From: Gammaproteobacteria bacterium
GTDB taxonomy: Bacteria > Pseudomonadota > Gammaproteobacteria > Steroidobacterales > Rariloculaceae
Assembly (NCBI GenBank): GCA_041623375.1
Contig: JBFJXA010000002.1
Coordinates: 1 to 42,580, forward strand
Length of the DNA stretch: 42,580 nt
Reading direction: 5' to 3'
The notes under the pieces were generated by a model. The model was not told where the DNA came from, did no database searches, and was given only the letters and a program-made list of their open reading frames with translations. The stretch's first letter is position 1. Each line of letters starts with the position of its first letter. Below, piece after piece: positions 17,360-26,455 of the stretch. Made by a program: the position numbers and the translations under genes.

Positions 17360-18216
17360 CGCACGGCGCGCGCGCCAACAAGCGATTCCTCTGCAGCCTA
17401 ATAGTCGGCTTCGCCGGCAATCTCTGTGCGGGCCACGCGCACTCACAGCAAATCCTCCCGGAAAGTGAGAGTGTCGAGCTTCACGAGCTGGCGGACAACG
17501 GCACGCTCAGACTCGTCGCGAAGAATTCGCTTTTCGGTCCCGTGCAGGTCGGTCTCTACGTCGCTGACGTCGAGCGACTCGTTGCGCGCGACACAGATTT
17601 ATTGCGCGTGCTGCCGGCGCGCAGCGAGACCGAGATCCTGCGTCTGGATGCCGCGGTCGTTGCGGCGAGTGGCGGCCTCGACTACGAGTTTCGGCATATA
17701 CCCGGCGAGCCCGGTGCTCGGCACGCGCCGCCAGGTCCGTACCGCCTGCCTTACGCCGTTGCGTCGCGTCATCCCGTCACGCAAGCTTACCCTGAGCGAA
17801 TCACGCACACCGATCCGTCGAGCACGCACGCAATCGATTTCGCGATGCCAATCGGCACGGGCGTCTTCGCCGCCCGCGCGGGTACCGTCATGCAGGTGAC
17901 TTCGGACTATTTCGGCGCTACGACGGCCAACGGCGGAACGCGAGCAAACCTCATACGAATTCTTCACGACGATGGCACGATGGCCGTCTACGGTCACCTG
18001 CACTGGGATTCGATTCGCGTCGTGCCGGGAAATCGCGTCGCGCGAGGTCAGCGAATCGCCGCTTCGGGCAACACTGGTTACAGCACGGGGCCGCATCTGC
18101 ACTTCGTCGTGCAGCGTAATCGAGGCGGCGCGATCGTGTCCGTGCCCGTGCAGTTCGCCGGTCTCGGCGGTCGGCCGGTCGTCATCGAGAGCGGGGACGC
18201 GCCCGTCGCCTACTAA
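17356..18216 (+). CDS. M23-family (LytM-type) metallopeptidase
   Basis: HAIDFAMPIGTGVFAARAG (HxxxD) and GYSTGPHLHFVV (HxH) support the call. The start is at the internal ATG of track ORF 16804..18216; the upstream part of that ORF overlaps the end of the protease gene and the small membrane gene. Confidence 0.8.
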   Translation: MTHGARANKRFLCSLIVGFAGNLCAGHAHSQQILPESESVELHELADNGTLRLVAKNSLFGPVQVGLYVADVERLVARDTDLLRVLPARSETEILRLDAAVVAASGGLDYEFRHIPGEPGARHAPPGPYRLPYAVASRHPVTQAYPERITHTDPSSTHAIDFAMPIGTGVFAARAGTVMQVTSDYFGATTANGGTRANLIRILHDDGTMAVYGHLHWDSIRVVPGNRVARGQRIAASGNTGYSTGPHLHFVVQRNRGGAIVSVPVQFAGLGGRPVVIESGDAPVAY

Positions 18217-18371
18217 CGCATCGGCACGCGCCTTTCGAAACGACTGGAGCTCGTGCGTCAGGACCCTCACTCGAGGACCTGACGGATGCGCCGTCGAGGT
18301 CCAACACGCCCTCTCCGTGCAGTTCGATACGATCGCGGCTTCGATTTATCTTGCAGGGAGCGAGCGGCCGG

Positions 18372-20417
18372 TTAGGCGGGGCGCGTCGGAGTGCCGAGCT
18401 CGGCCGTCAGCGCTTCGAGCGTCGTGATGGGTGCGCCGCAGGTCGTGCCGCGGCAGACGTAGGCGACCGGCCCCTGAGCCGAGCGGCGTTCGGCCAGAAG
18501 CCCGGGTAAATCGTCGTGGGAATCGTCGATCGCAAAAATCGTGCGATGCGGATTGAATCCCGCATTGAGGAACTTTTGCCAGTCACCGATCTCGGCCGAC
18601 GGCCCGCGCACTATGACCGTCTCATGTGCGTCGAGCACAGCCGAGAGCGCTCGGAGCAGCGAGCCGTGCGCGTGCGGATACTCGGCAAGCGCGGGCCACG
18701 CGGCCTTGATGGTGCGCTCGGCTGCTGTGATGTAACGGGGCTCACCGAGCAGATATCCGAGCGTGAGCAAAACCTGTGCTGCGATTCCGTTTCCCGACGG
18801 AGTCGCCTCGTCGGCGAACGGCTTCGGTCGATGAATCAGAGGCTCGTGGTCGTGAGCCGTAAAGAAGAATCCGCCATCGCGATCCTCGAATTGCGCGAGC
18901 AGGGTCTCAACGAGATCGATAACGAAGGCGAGATCCCTGGTACGCCAGCGCGTCTGCAGAAGCGCCAAAATACCGTGCGCGAGAAATGCGTAGTCGTCGA
19001 GATAGGCGGAATATCGCGCCCGGCCTCGCGCGTAAACTGCTCTGAGCCGGCCGTCCGACCAGAGGTTATTTTCTATGAATCCGGCCGCAGCGTGGGCGGC
19101 GTCAGCGAGGTCTGCGCGTTGCAGAACGCGAGCGCTCTTGGCGAGTGCACCGATCATGAGTCCGTTCCACGCGACGAGAATTTTCTCGTCGCGTCCCGGC
19201 CACGTGCGCCGTGACCGGACTTCGAGCATTTTTGCGCGTGCGCGCTCGAGCGTGTTCACGCAATCGTCCATGGAACCGCTTCGCGTAAGTGCCTCGAGCG
19301 GTGTCGCGGCCACGAGATGCCAGGCGCTGCCTTCGAAATTCGGCGCTTGCGTCAGCCCAAATCGCTGCGATGCAAGCGCATACTCATCGTCATCGAGAAT
19401 TTCGGCGAGCTCATCCGGCGTCCAAAGGTAAAAGCGCCCCTCGACGCCCTCCGAGTCTGCGTCGACAGTTGCGTAGAACGCCCCGCCGTCGTCGCGCATA
19501 TCGCGCAGCACCCAATCGGCCGTTTCCGAGGCAATGCGCGCGAACTCGTCTTCACCCGTTGCCGCATGCGCGTCCGCATAGACGCCGAGCAGCGCCGCAT
19601 TGTCGTACAGCATTTTCTCGAAATGCGGGATCGTCCATTGGCCATCGACGCTATAGCGAAAAAACCCGCCGCCGAGCTGATCGTATAGCCCGCCATCGGC
19701 CATCCGTGTCAACGTCAGCGTCGCCATGAAAAGGCCGTCGAGGTCGGGCTGTCCCGCGTCGGCCGTCGCTCGCCAATGATCGAGCAGCGTCTCGATGTGC
19801 GTCGGATGGGGGAACTTCGGTGCGCCGCCGAAGCCACCGTGCTCGGCATCGAAGATCTCTGCAAGCCGCTTGCGGCTCAACTCGAGCGGTGCGTCATCGA
19901 GCTCGGCGTCTTGCGCTTTTATCGACAGCGTCAAGGTGTCGAATGCATGCTTGAGCGCTTTTCCGTGCTCGCGCACTTGCGCCTCGTTGTTTCTATAAAA
20001 ATTGTCCACGCGCTCGAGCACCTGCTTGAACACCTCGCGTGGAAAGTAAGTGCCGGAGAAGATCGGCAGGTGCTCGTCGGGCGTGAGAAATACGGTGAGC
20101 GGCCACCCACCGGAGCTCTGTGAGATCAGCTGGTGGGCCTGTTGATAGATCTTGTCGATATCGGGGCGCTCTTCGCGATCCACTTTGATATTGACGAATA
20201 ACCGATTCATGAGCGCAGCCGTCGGCTCATCCTCGAAGCATTCGTGCGCCATGACGTGGCACCAATGACACGCGGAATAGCCGACCGAAAGCAGTATCGG
20301 CTTTCCGGAATCGCGTGCGAGATCCAGAGCTGCTTCGTTCCACGCATGCCAATCGACAGGATTATCAGCGTGCTGGAGCAAATACGGGCTCGTTTCCTCG
20401 CTGAGACGGTTCGGCAT
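18372..20417 (-). CDS. Thioredoxin-domain (DUF255) / six-hairpin-glycosidase-like protein, YyaL family
   Basis: MPNRLSEETSPYLLQHADNPVDWHAWNEAALDLARDSGKPILLSVGYSACHWCHVMAHECFED is the family signature. The start is at the internal ATG (cat at 20415-20417). Confidence 0.85.
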   Translation of the reverse strand: MPNRLSEETSPYLLQHADNPVDWHAWNEAALDLARDSGKPILLSVGYSACHWCHVMAHECFEDEPTAALMNRLFVNIKVDREERPDIDKIYQQAHQLISQSSGGWPLTVFLTPDEHLPIFSGTYFPREVFKQVLERVDNFYRNNEAQVREHGKALKHAFDTLTLSIKAQDAELDDAPLELSRKRLAEIFDAEHGGFGGAPKFPHPTHIETLLDHWRATADAGQPDLDGLFMATLTLTRMADGGLYDQLGGGFFRYSVDGQWTIPHFEKMLYDNAALLGVYADAHAATGEDEFARIASETADWVLRDMRDDGGAFYATVDADSEGVEGRFYLWTPDELAEILDDDEYALASQRFGLTQAPNFEGSAWHLVAATPLEALTRSGSMDDCVNTLERARAKMLEVRSRRTWPGRDEKILVAWNGLMIGALAKSARVLQRADLADAAHAAAGFIENNLWSDGRLRAVYARGRARYSAYLDDYAFLAHGILALLQTRWRTRDLAFVIDLVETLLAQFEDRDGGFFFTAHDHEPLIHRPKPFADEATPSGNGIAAQVLLTLGYLLGEPRYITAAERTIKAAWPALAEYPHAHGSLLRALSAVLDAHETVIVRGPSAEIGDWQKFLNAGFNPHRTIFAIDDSHDDLPGLLAERRSAQGPVAYVCRGTTCGAPITTLEALTAELGTPTRPA

Positions 20418-20469
20418 CCAGGGACTATAACAGCGCCATGCTTGGCCGCGACCTGGGCGCCGATTAGAA

Positions 20470-21297
20470 TTGTCGCCATTCGTGTTCACCTTTCCAGACA
20501 TCGATCCCGTCGCAATTTCGATCGGACCTTTGCAGGTACGCTGGTACGGTCTCATGTACCTCGGCGGTTTCGTGCTCGGGTGGCTGGGCGCGCGCGTTCG
20601 TGCGCGCCGTCCCGACAGCCCGGTTGCGCCGGGGCAGGTCGACGATCTCGTGTTCTACGTCGCCATCGGCGTAATCGCCGGAGGACGTGTCGGCTATATG
20701 CTGTTCTATAACTTCGGCGCGCTACTCGAAAATCCGCTGGCCATTTTTCGAATCTGGGAAGGCGGCATGTCGTTCCATGGCGGATTGATCGGTGTGCTGG
20801 TCGCGATGGGGCTTTTCGCAAGACACGTGCGTCAGCCCTTTTTCGCCGTCACGGATTTCATCGCACCATGGGTCGCGCCGGGTTTGGGTCTCGGGCGAGT
20901 TGGCAATTTCATTAATGGCGAGCTCTGGGGTGCCGAAGCCCAAGCGGGTGCGCCCTGGGCTGTCGTCGTCGACGGCGTGCCGCGCCACCCAACGCAACTC
21001 TACGAAGCGTTTCTCGAGGGGCTCGTGCTGTTTCTGATTCTCTGGGGATTTTCGCGGCACACGCGGCCCATCATGGCTGTGTCCGGATTGTTCTTATTTT
21101 TCTATGGTGTTTTTCGCGTCACCATCGAGTTCGTGCGCCTGCCGGATGTGCATATGAACCCCGCGGAGGACGGCTACCTCGCATTCGGCTGGCTCACGAT
21201 GGGTCACGTACTGTCGGCGCCTATGATACTGATCGGTATCGCGTTTTTCTGGTGGGCTTATCGAACGCCACGTTTCGTGCAGCGAGAGCGCGCGTGA
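20470..21297 (+). CDS. lgt: Phosphatidylglycerol-prolipoprotein diacylglyceryl transferase
   Basis: [38 protein letters not shown] and HPTQLYEA are Lgt signatures. Confidence 0.92.
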   Translation: MSPFVFTFPDIDPVAISIGPLQVRWYGLMYLGGFVLGWLGARVRARRPDSPVAPGQVDDLVFYVAIGVIAGGRVGYMLFYNFGALLENPLAIFRIWEGGMSFHGGLIGVLVAMGLFARHVRQPFFAVTDFIAPWVAPGLGLGRVGNFINGELWGAEAQAGAPWAVVVDGVPRHPTQLYEAFLEGLVLFLILWGFSRHTRPIMAVSGLFLFFYGVFRVTIEFVRLPDVHMNPAEDGYLAFGWLTMGHVLSAPMILIGIAFFWWAYRTPRFVQRERA

Positions 21298-22088
21298 AAC
21301 AGTATCTGGAGCTCCTGCACAGCATACGCACCGAAGGCGTGCGCAAGTCCGATCGCACCGGCACCGGCACGCTGAGCGTCTTCGGTTACCAGCTCAGGTG
21401 CGACCTCGACGCCGGTTTCCCGCTGCTGACGACCAAGAAGCTGCACCTGCGCTCGATCATCTACGAGCTGTTATGGTTCTTGCGGGGCGACACCAACGTC
21501 AGCTACCTGAATGACAATGGCGTGAGGATCTGGGACGAATGGGCTGACGAGCGAGGCGATCTCGGGCCGGTCTACGGCAAGCAGTGGCGTAGCTGGCCGA
21601 CGGCCGACGGTCAATCCATCGATCAGATCGCGCGCGCGATCGAGCTGTTGCGCACGGATCCGGATTCGCGCCGAAACATCGTCTGTGCCTGGAACGTCGG
21701 TCAGCTCGATGAGATGGCGCTGGCGCCCTGCCATGCGCTGTTTCAGTTCTACGTCGCCAACGGCCGCTTATCCTGCCAGCTCTACCAGCGCAGCGCCGAT
21801 GTCTTTCTCGGGGTTCCGTTCAACATCGCCTCGTAAGCGTTATTGACCTTGATGGTTGCGCAGCAGACCGGTTACAAGCCGGGTGAGTTCGTCTGGACCG
21901 GCGGCGACTGTCATCTGTATCTGAACCACCTCGAGCAAGCCGACGAGCAGCTCAGTCGCGAGCCGCTACCGCTGCCGCGTCTCGTGATCAAGCGGCAGCC
22001 GCCATCGATTTTCGACTACGCGTTCGAGGACTTCGAGCTGCTCGGTTATCAGGCGCACAGCCACATCAAGGCGTCCGTCGCCGTCTAA
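21294..22088 (+). pseudogene. thyA: Thymidylate synthase ThyA interrupted by one in-frame TAA (21834-21836) at the conserved Tyr of FNIASY
   Basis: Track ORFs 21252..21836 and 21843..22088 share a frame. Together they read ...[19 protein letters not shown]...GGDCHLY...HIKASVAV. This is 265 codons from the GTG at 21294, the same length as E. coli ThyA. The stop sits where the E. coli sequence, as I recall it, has Y (FNIASYALL). Confidence 0.8.
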
Positions 22089-22132
22089 CCAGCCCCCGGC
22101 TTGCGTCGCCACGACTGCAAAAAATGGCGAAG

Positions 22133-22246
22133 AAATGGGGTCAGACCCCAATTGCATCGATTGTCGCGTCGAGTGCTCCCCGATCGTTGCTGTGACTGGG
22201 TTTCGCGCCAACAGGGGTCCGCGGTAATTGGGGTCTGACCCCATTT
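22133..22246. repeat. MITE/REP-like unit: two 21-bp palindrome-containing boxes in inverted orientation
   Basis: aaatggggtcagaccccaatt (22133-22153) is the exact reverse complement of aattggggtctgaccccattt (22226-22246). Each box contains the hairpin ggggtc-n-gacccc. The pair is the source of the spurious GSDPN-type ORF 21966..22244(-). Confidence 0.8.
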
Positions 22247-22285
22247 GTTACCTAAGGTGAGAGCTAGCGCCGACGAGGTGATCGC

Positions 22286-23104
22286 CTAGCAATAGCCGCC
22301 GCACTCGATTGCGACCGGGTCGCCGGGCGGGTCGAGCGGGATCGCCGTGAGGCTACCGCCCCAGACGCAGCCGCTATCGCAGGCCGTGATGTCGTCACGG
22401 CGTTGCAGGCCGAGGGCTGCCCAGTGGCCGAAGACGATGTGCGTGCCGTCGTGCTGGCGCAGCGGGTGATCGAACCATGGGACGAACTCGCGCGGCTGCG
22501 TGCCGGGCGGTCCCGCATGGTCGAAGTCGAGCTCTCCGTGCTCGCCACAGAAACGCATCCGCGTCAGTGCGTTGATCGTAAAACGCAGACGATCGTCCCG
22601 CGCGAGATCTTCGCGCCAGCGAAACGGTGCGTCGCCATACATCTGCGCCAGAGACGGCTGCCAGTCGGAGCTGCGCAGCAGCGCCTCGACCTCCGCTGCG
22701 GCTGCGGCTGCTTCGGGCACGGTCCAGATCGGCGGTATGCCGGCATGAACGAGCACGCGCGAGGCAGCCGCGTCGTGGTGCAGTAGCGGGCGGTGACGCA
22801 ACCAGTCGATGAGCCGCTCGCTGTCGTCGCCCGTGAGCACATCGTCGAACGTATCCTGCGATACCGGCGCGCGAATCCCGGCGGCCGAAGCCAGTAAGTG
22901 CAAATCGTGGTTGCCGAGCACGGTGACGGCGCTGTCGCCGAGCCCCATGACGGTCCGCAGCACGCGCGCGGACGCCGGGCCGCGGTTGACGAGATCGCCG
23001 ACGAGCCATAGACGGTCTCGCGCCGGTTGGAAATCGACGGTCTCCAGCAGCGCCTCGAACGCGTCGGCGCACCCCTGTAAGTCACCGACTGCGTAGAGCG
23101 TCAT
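22286..23104 (-). CDS. apaH: Bis(5'-nucleosyl)-tetraphosphatase, symmetrical
   Basis: MTLYAVGDLQGCADAFEALL, LWLVGDLVNRGP and LGNHDLHLL are calcineurin-like ApaH motifs. Confidence 0.92.
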   Translation of the reverse strand: MTLYAVGDLQGCADAFEALLETVDFQPARDRLWLVGDLVNRGPASARVLRTVMGLGDSAVTVLGNHDLHLLASAAGIRAPVSQDTFDDVLTGDDSERLIDWLRHRPLLHHDAAASRVLVHAGIPPIWTVPEAAAAAAEVEALLRSSDWQPSLAQMYGDAPFRWREDLARDDRLRFTINALTRMRFCGEHGELDFDHAGPPGTQPREFVPWFDHPLRQHDGTHIVFGHWAALGLQRRDDITACDSGCVWGGSLTAIPLDPPGDPVAIECGGYC

Positions 23105-23886
23105 GGTGATTCGCGCAGATTGGCGAGCGCGGCAAATTGCCCGGGCTCGAGCGTCTCGGGCCGTGCCATGGGGTCGATGCCGACGGACTGAATCTGCTCT
23201 CGAGTCAGCACGCCGGCAAACACGCGCCCGAGCGTCTTGCGCCGCATCGAGAACGCGCGTCTGACGATGTTCGCGAACTCGAGCTCATCGGTAATCGTAA
23301 AACGTGCCTCTGCCCGCGGCGTGAGGCGCAACACGGTCGACCAGACGCGTGGCGGTGGGTTGAAAGCACCCGGACCGACATCGAAGCAGATTTGTGCATC
23401 GAGCCACGCCGCCAGCATGATGGTCAGGCGGCCGTAGTCCTTCTTTCCCGGCGGCGCAACAATGCGTCTGGCGACCTCCTTTTGGACCATGAGATGCATG
23501 TCGGCGATCGCTTCGCGCTGACCCAGTAGATGGAACAGCAGCGGCGTGGAGATGTTGTACGGTAGATTGCCGACGATCCGTAGCGTCCTGTGCTTCGTGA
23601 CGAGGCTCGAGAAGTCGAATTCGAGCGCATTGCCGCGGTGGACGGTCAGGCGCCCGCCGTCACGTGGCCGATTGCATTCGAGCGCATCGGCCAATCGCTC
23701 GTCGAGCTCGATGACGTGGAGAGCGTCCACACGCTCGAGTAACGGAAAGGTCAGGGCGCCGAGACCGCCGCCGATTTCGACGATCGGGTCGGCAGATTGC
23801 GGCGCGATTGCGGCGACGAGTTTCGCGATTACAGCCGGGTCGTGCAGAAAATGCTGGCCTAGCCGCTTCCTCGCGTGTAGCCGCAC
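23101..23886 (-). CDS. rsmA: 16S rRNA (adenine1518/1519-N6)-dimethyltransferase
   Basis: KRLGQHFLHD, IVEIGGGLGALT and GNLPYNISTPLLFHL support the call. There is a 4-nt overlap with apaH. Confidence 0.92.
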   Translation of the reverse strand: MRLHARKRLGQHFLHDPAVIAKLVAAIAPQSADPIVEIGGGLGALTFPLLERVDALHVIELDERLADALECNRPRDGGRLTVHRGNALEFDFSSLVTKHRTLRIVGNLPYNISTPLLFHLLGQREAIADMHLMVQKEVARRIVAPPGKKDYGRLTIMLAAWLDAQICFDVGPGAFNPPPRVWSTVLRLTPRAEARFTITDELEFANIVRRAFSMRRKTLGRVFAGVLTREQIQSVGIDPMARPETLEPGQFAALANLRESP

Positions 23887-23888
23887 GC

Positions 23889-24881
23889 TCAGGTCACTTT
23901 TGTCGCCAGCTCGAACGCGAGCTCGTACGCCTTGGCGAGACTGTCGGCGCGCGCACGCCCCGTACCCGCGAGCTCGAGCGCCGTGCCGTGATCGACCGAC
24001 GTGCGGATGATCGGCAGGCCGAGCGTGACGTTGACGACTTCGCCGAACGCCGCGGCCTTTATGACGGGCAGTCCCTGGTCATGGTACATGGCAAGCACGA
24101 TATCTGCCGCCGCCAATGCCTCGCTCGTGAACGCGGTATCGGCCGGCGTGGGGCCGAGCAACGTCAGACCGCGAGCACGCAGGCGCTCTATCGTTGGCGT
24201 AATGACGTCCAGTTCCTCGCGGCCGAGCATACCGCGCTCTCCGGCATGCGGATTGAGTCCCAGCACACGGATGCGGGGTTGTGCGATGCCGAACCGGGAT
24301 TGGAGATCCTCGTGTAATACGCCGATCACGCGCTCCAGGCGCTCCGCGTCGATGCGTGTCGCAACCTCCGCCAGCGGCACGTGCGTCGTTACGAGCGCAA
24401 CTCTGAGCGCACCGCTTACGAGCATCATGACCGGTTGCCGTGCGCCCGTGAGCTCGGCCAGGTATTCCGTGTGACCGGTAAACGCAATGCCGGCGGCGTC
24501 GATGATGCTTTTCTGCACGGGCCCGGTTACGAGTGCCGCGGCATCTTTGCTCATACACAGCGCAGTGGCCCGGTCGAGCAGCTCGAGCACGTGCCGAGCG
24601 TTGGCTGGATCGAGCTTACCGGCCTCGACGGCCGTTGCCAGCGGCACATCGATGAGACGCATGACGCCCTCGGTATGCGCTGCTGCATCGGCCGCGCTGG
24701 CCACAACGTCGATCGCGAGATCGACGCCGAGCGCGCGCGCGCGATCTTCGATGAGATGCTTGTTACCGAGAAAGATCGGGCGCCCGGGTAACGGCTTTGC
24801 CGCCAGCGCAATGCATATGTCCGGGCCGATTCCGGCTGGCTCTCCGGTGGTGACGACGATCGCCGGCGACGGTTCGTTCAC
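23889..24881 (-). CDS. pdxA: 4-hydroxythreonine-4-phosphate dehydrogenase
   Basis: TTGEPAGIGPD, FTGHTEYLA, LNPHAGE and IRTSVDHGTA are PdxA motifs. Confidence 0.92.
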   Translation of the reverse strand: MNEPSPAIVVTTGEPAGIGPDICIALAAKPLPGRPIFLGNKHLIEDRARALGVDLAIDVVASAADAAAHTEGVMRLIDVPLATAVEAGKLDPANARHVLELLDRATALCMSKDAAALVTGPVQKSIIDAAGIAFTGHTEYLAELTGARQPVMMLVSGALRVALVTTHVPLAEVATRIDAERLERVIGVLHEDLQSRFGIAQPRIRVLGLNPHAGERGMLGREELDVITPTIERLRARGLTLLGPTPADTAFTSEALAAADIVLAMYHDQGLPVIKAAAFGEVVNVTLGLPIIRTSVDHGTALELAGTGRARADSLAKAYELAFELATKVT

Positions 24882-25129
24882 GCGCTAGCCCGCAAATCTC
24901 GCCGGGACTCCGAATGGTGGCGACGTGCAGGCGCCTTTGTGCGCCGGGCTGGACTGAACGTCATAGCCCTTAGCTATGGCGCGAAGGACGCCAAGGCACG
25001 GGGCCTGAATAGATCACGAGCGGCGAAGAATATTTTTGACCCGTGGGCCTTTTACGGTCGTCGCTCACTTGCGCTGACCCGAGTAATCGCAAAGAGCGCG
25101 GTGATCGCCCGTTGACATTGGCGGGCCGT

Positions 25130-26449
25130 TTAGAGGCGAAGATCGACGAAGGCCTGGTCGCGGATCTGTCGCAACCAGAGCTGCTGTTGCTCTTCCATCT
25201 TGCTCGCACGAATCGCTTCGGCGCAGCGCTGCTCCTTGAGCTCCTCGGTCGTGTCGTACGTGCGCCGGTCCGTGACCTCGACGATATGCCAGCCGAAACG
25301 CGTGCGAAACGGCTCGCTGAGCTCACCGACCTCGAGCGCCTCGAGGCGCTCGGCGAACTCCGGAACGAAATCGGTCGGAACGACCCAGCCGAGATCGCCG
25401 TTTTCCGCCGCAGAGGCCGGGTCCTCGGACAAGGCCTGAGCTATCGCGCCGAAATCGTCGCCGCTCAGAATATCCTCGCGAAGACCGGACAGGCGCTGCT
25501 CGACCGTGGCTTCGTCGAGTATCTCGTTGGGCTGCATGAGAATATGCCGCGCGCGGATCTGGTCGACCATGACCGCTTGTGCGCCGCGAATCTCGTTAAC
25601 GCGAACGATATGAAAACCGCTCGCGCTTTGAAGCGGATCGGAGATACTGCCGGGCTCCATCTGCACGACGATGTCGGCAAACAAGGTCGGTAGCTGTCCC
25701 CCCTTGCGCCAGCCCAGCGAGCCGCCTTCGAGCGCGCCCTGACCGTCGGAGTAAGCAACGGCGAGCTGGGCGAAATCCGCGCCGTTCTCGAGCTGCGTGA
25801 ATATTTCCTCGATCTCGGCGCGTGCGGCGGCTGCTTCTTCGCGCGTCGCGCTCGGCGAAAGGCTGATCAGTATGTGCGACAGGTTGTAGTCGACGTCCTC
25901 GGCCAGCGACGCCGAGCTGCGTGCGAGGCACTGCTCCAGCTCTCGCGGTGTGATATTGATACGCGCGATCACGTCCCGCTGGACGAGCTGCTCGATCATG
26001 ATCTGCTCGCGCGTTTCCTGGCGGTATTTCGCGTAATCGATGCCTTCGGATGCGAGCGCAGCAGGCATCTGCTCAAGCGAAATGCCGTTTTCGCGTGCAA
26101 CGCCGGCGATGGCCTGGTTGAGCAACTCGTCGCCGACGACGATACCCAAACGTTCGGCGCGCTGTAGCTGAATCTGGCGCACCACGAGCTGCTCGAGCAC
26201 TTGATCCTCGATGACGGAAAGCGGCGGCAACGGCCGGCGCTCCTCGGGCGGCATCTGCCGTTGCTGCACGCGTAAGTTCTCGAGGACGAGATCCAGACGC
26301 TCGGCGAGCTCGCTCTTGAGCACGACGCCGTTTTCCACGACCGCTGCCACACCGTCGAGGAGCTCACCGGTGCCCCCGAGCTCGCGCGTCTGTGGCCAGG
26401 CCTGGCTCGCCAGCAGAACGCCGGCAGCTATGTAAGTCAGGGTTTTCAT
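25130..26449 (-). CDS. surA: Periplasmic chaperone / peptidyl-prolyl isomerase SurA
   Basis: It has a signal peptide and two parvulin domains (ARHILM..., GGSLGWRKGGQLPTLFA; GDLGWVVPTDFVPEFA). It sits between lptD and pdxA. Confidence 0.9.
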   Translation of the reverse strand: MKTLTYIAAGVLLASQAWPQTRELGGTGELLDGVAAVVENGVVLKSELAERLDLVLENLRVQQRQMPPEERRPLPPLSVIEDQVLEQLVVRQIQLQRAERLGIVVGDELLNQAIAGVARENGISLEQMPAALASEGIDYAKYRQETREQIMIEQLVQRDVIARINITPRELEQCLARSSASLAEDVDYNLSHILISLSPSATREEAAAARAEIEEIFTQLENGADFAQLAVAYSDGQGALEGGSLGWRKGGQLPTLFADIVVQMEPGSISDPLQSASGFHIVRVNEIRGAQAVMVDQIRARHILMQPNEILDEATVEQRLSGLREDILSGDDFGAIAQALSEDPASAAENGDLGWVVPTDFVPEFAERLEALEVGELSEPFRTRFGWHIVEVTDRRTYDTTEELKEQRCAEAIRASKMEEQQQLWLRQIRDQAFVDLRL

Positions 26450-26455
26450 TGACTT

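Noticed and set aside
18217-18371. Imperfect hairpin gtcaggacc...ggacctgac between the convergent M23 and yyaL-like genes, considered as a terminator
   Set aside because: The stem has a mismatch and no flanking U-tract on either strand. The evidence is too weak to call.
21966-22244. 92-aa minus-strand ORF (MGSDPNYRG...)
   Set aside because: It is generated by translating the REP/MITE-like palindromes and the 3' end of thyA antisense. It is not a gene.
22395-23085. 225-aa and 173-aa alternative-frame ORFs within apaH
   Set aside because: They are same-strand, out-of-frame overlaps of a canonical ApaH gene. They are Arg-rich shadow ORFs.
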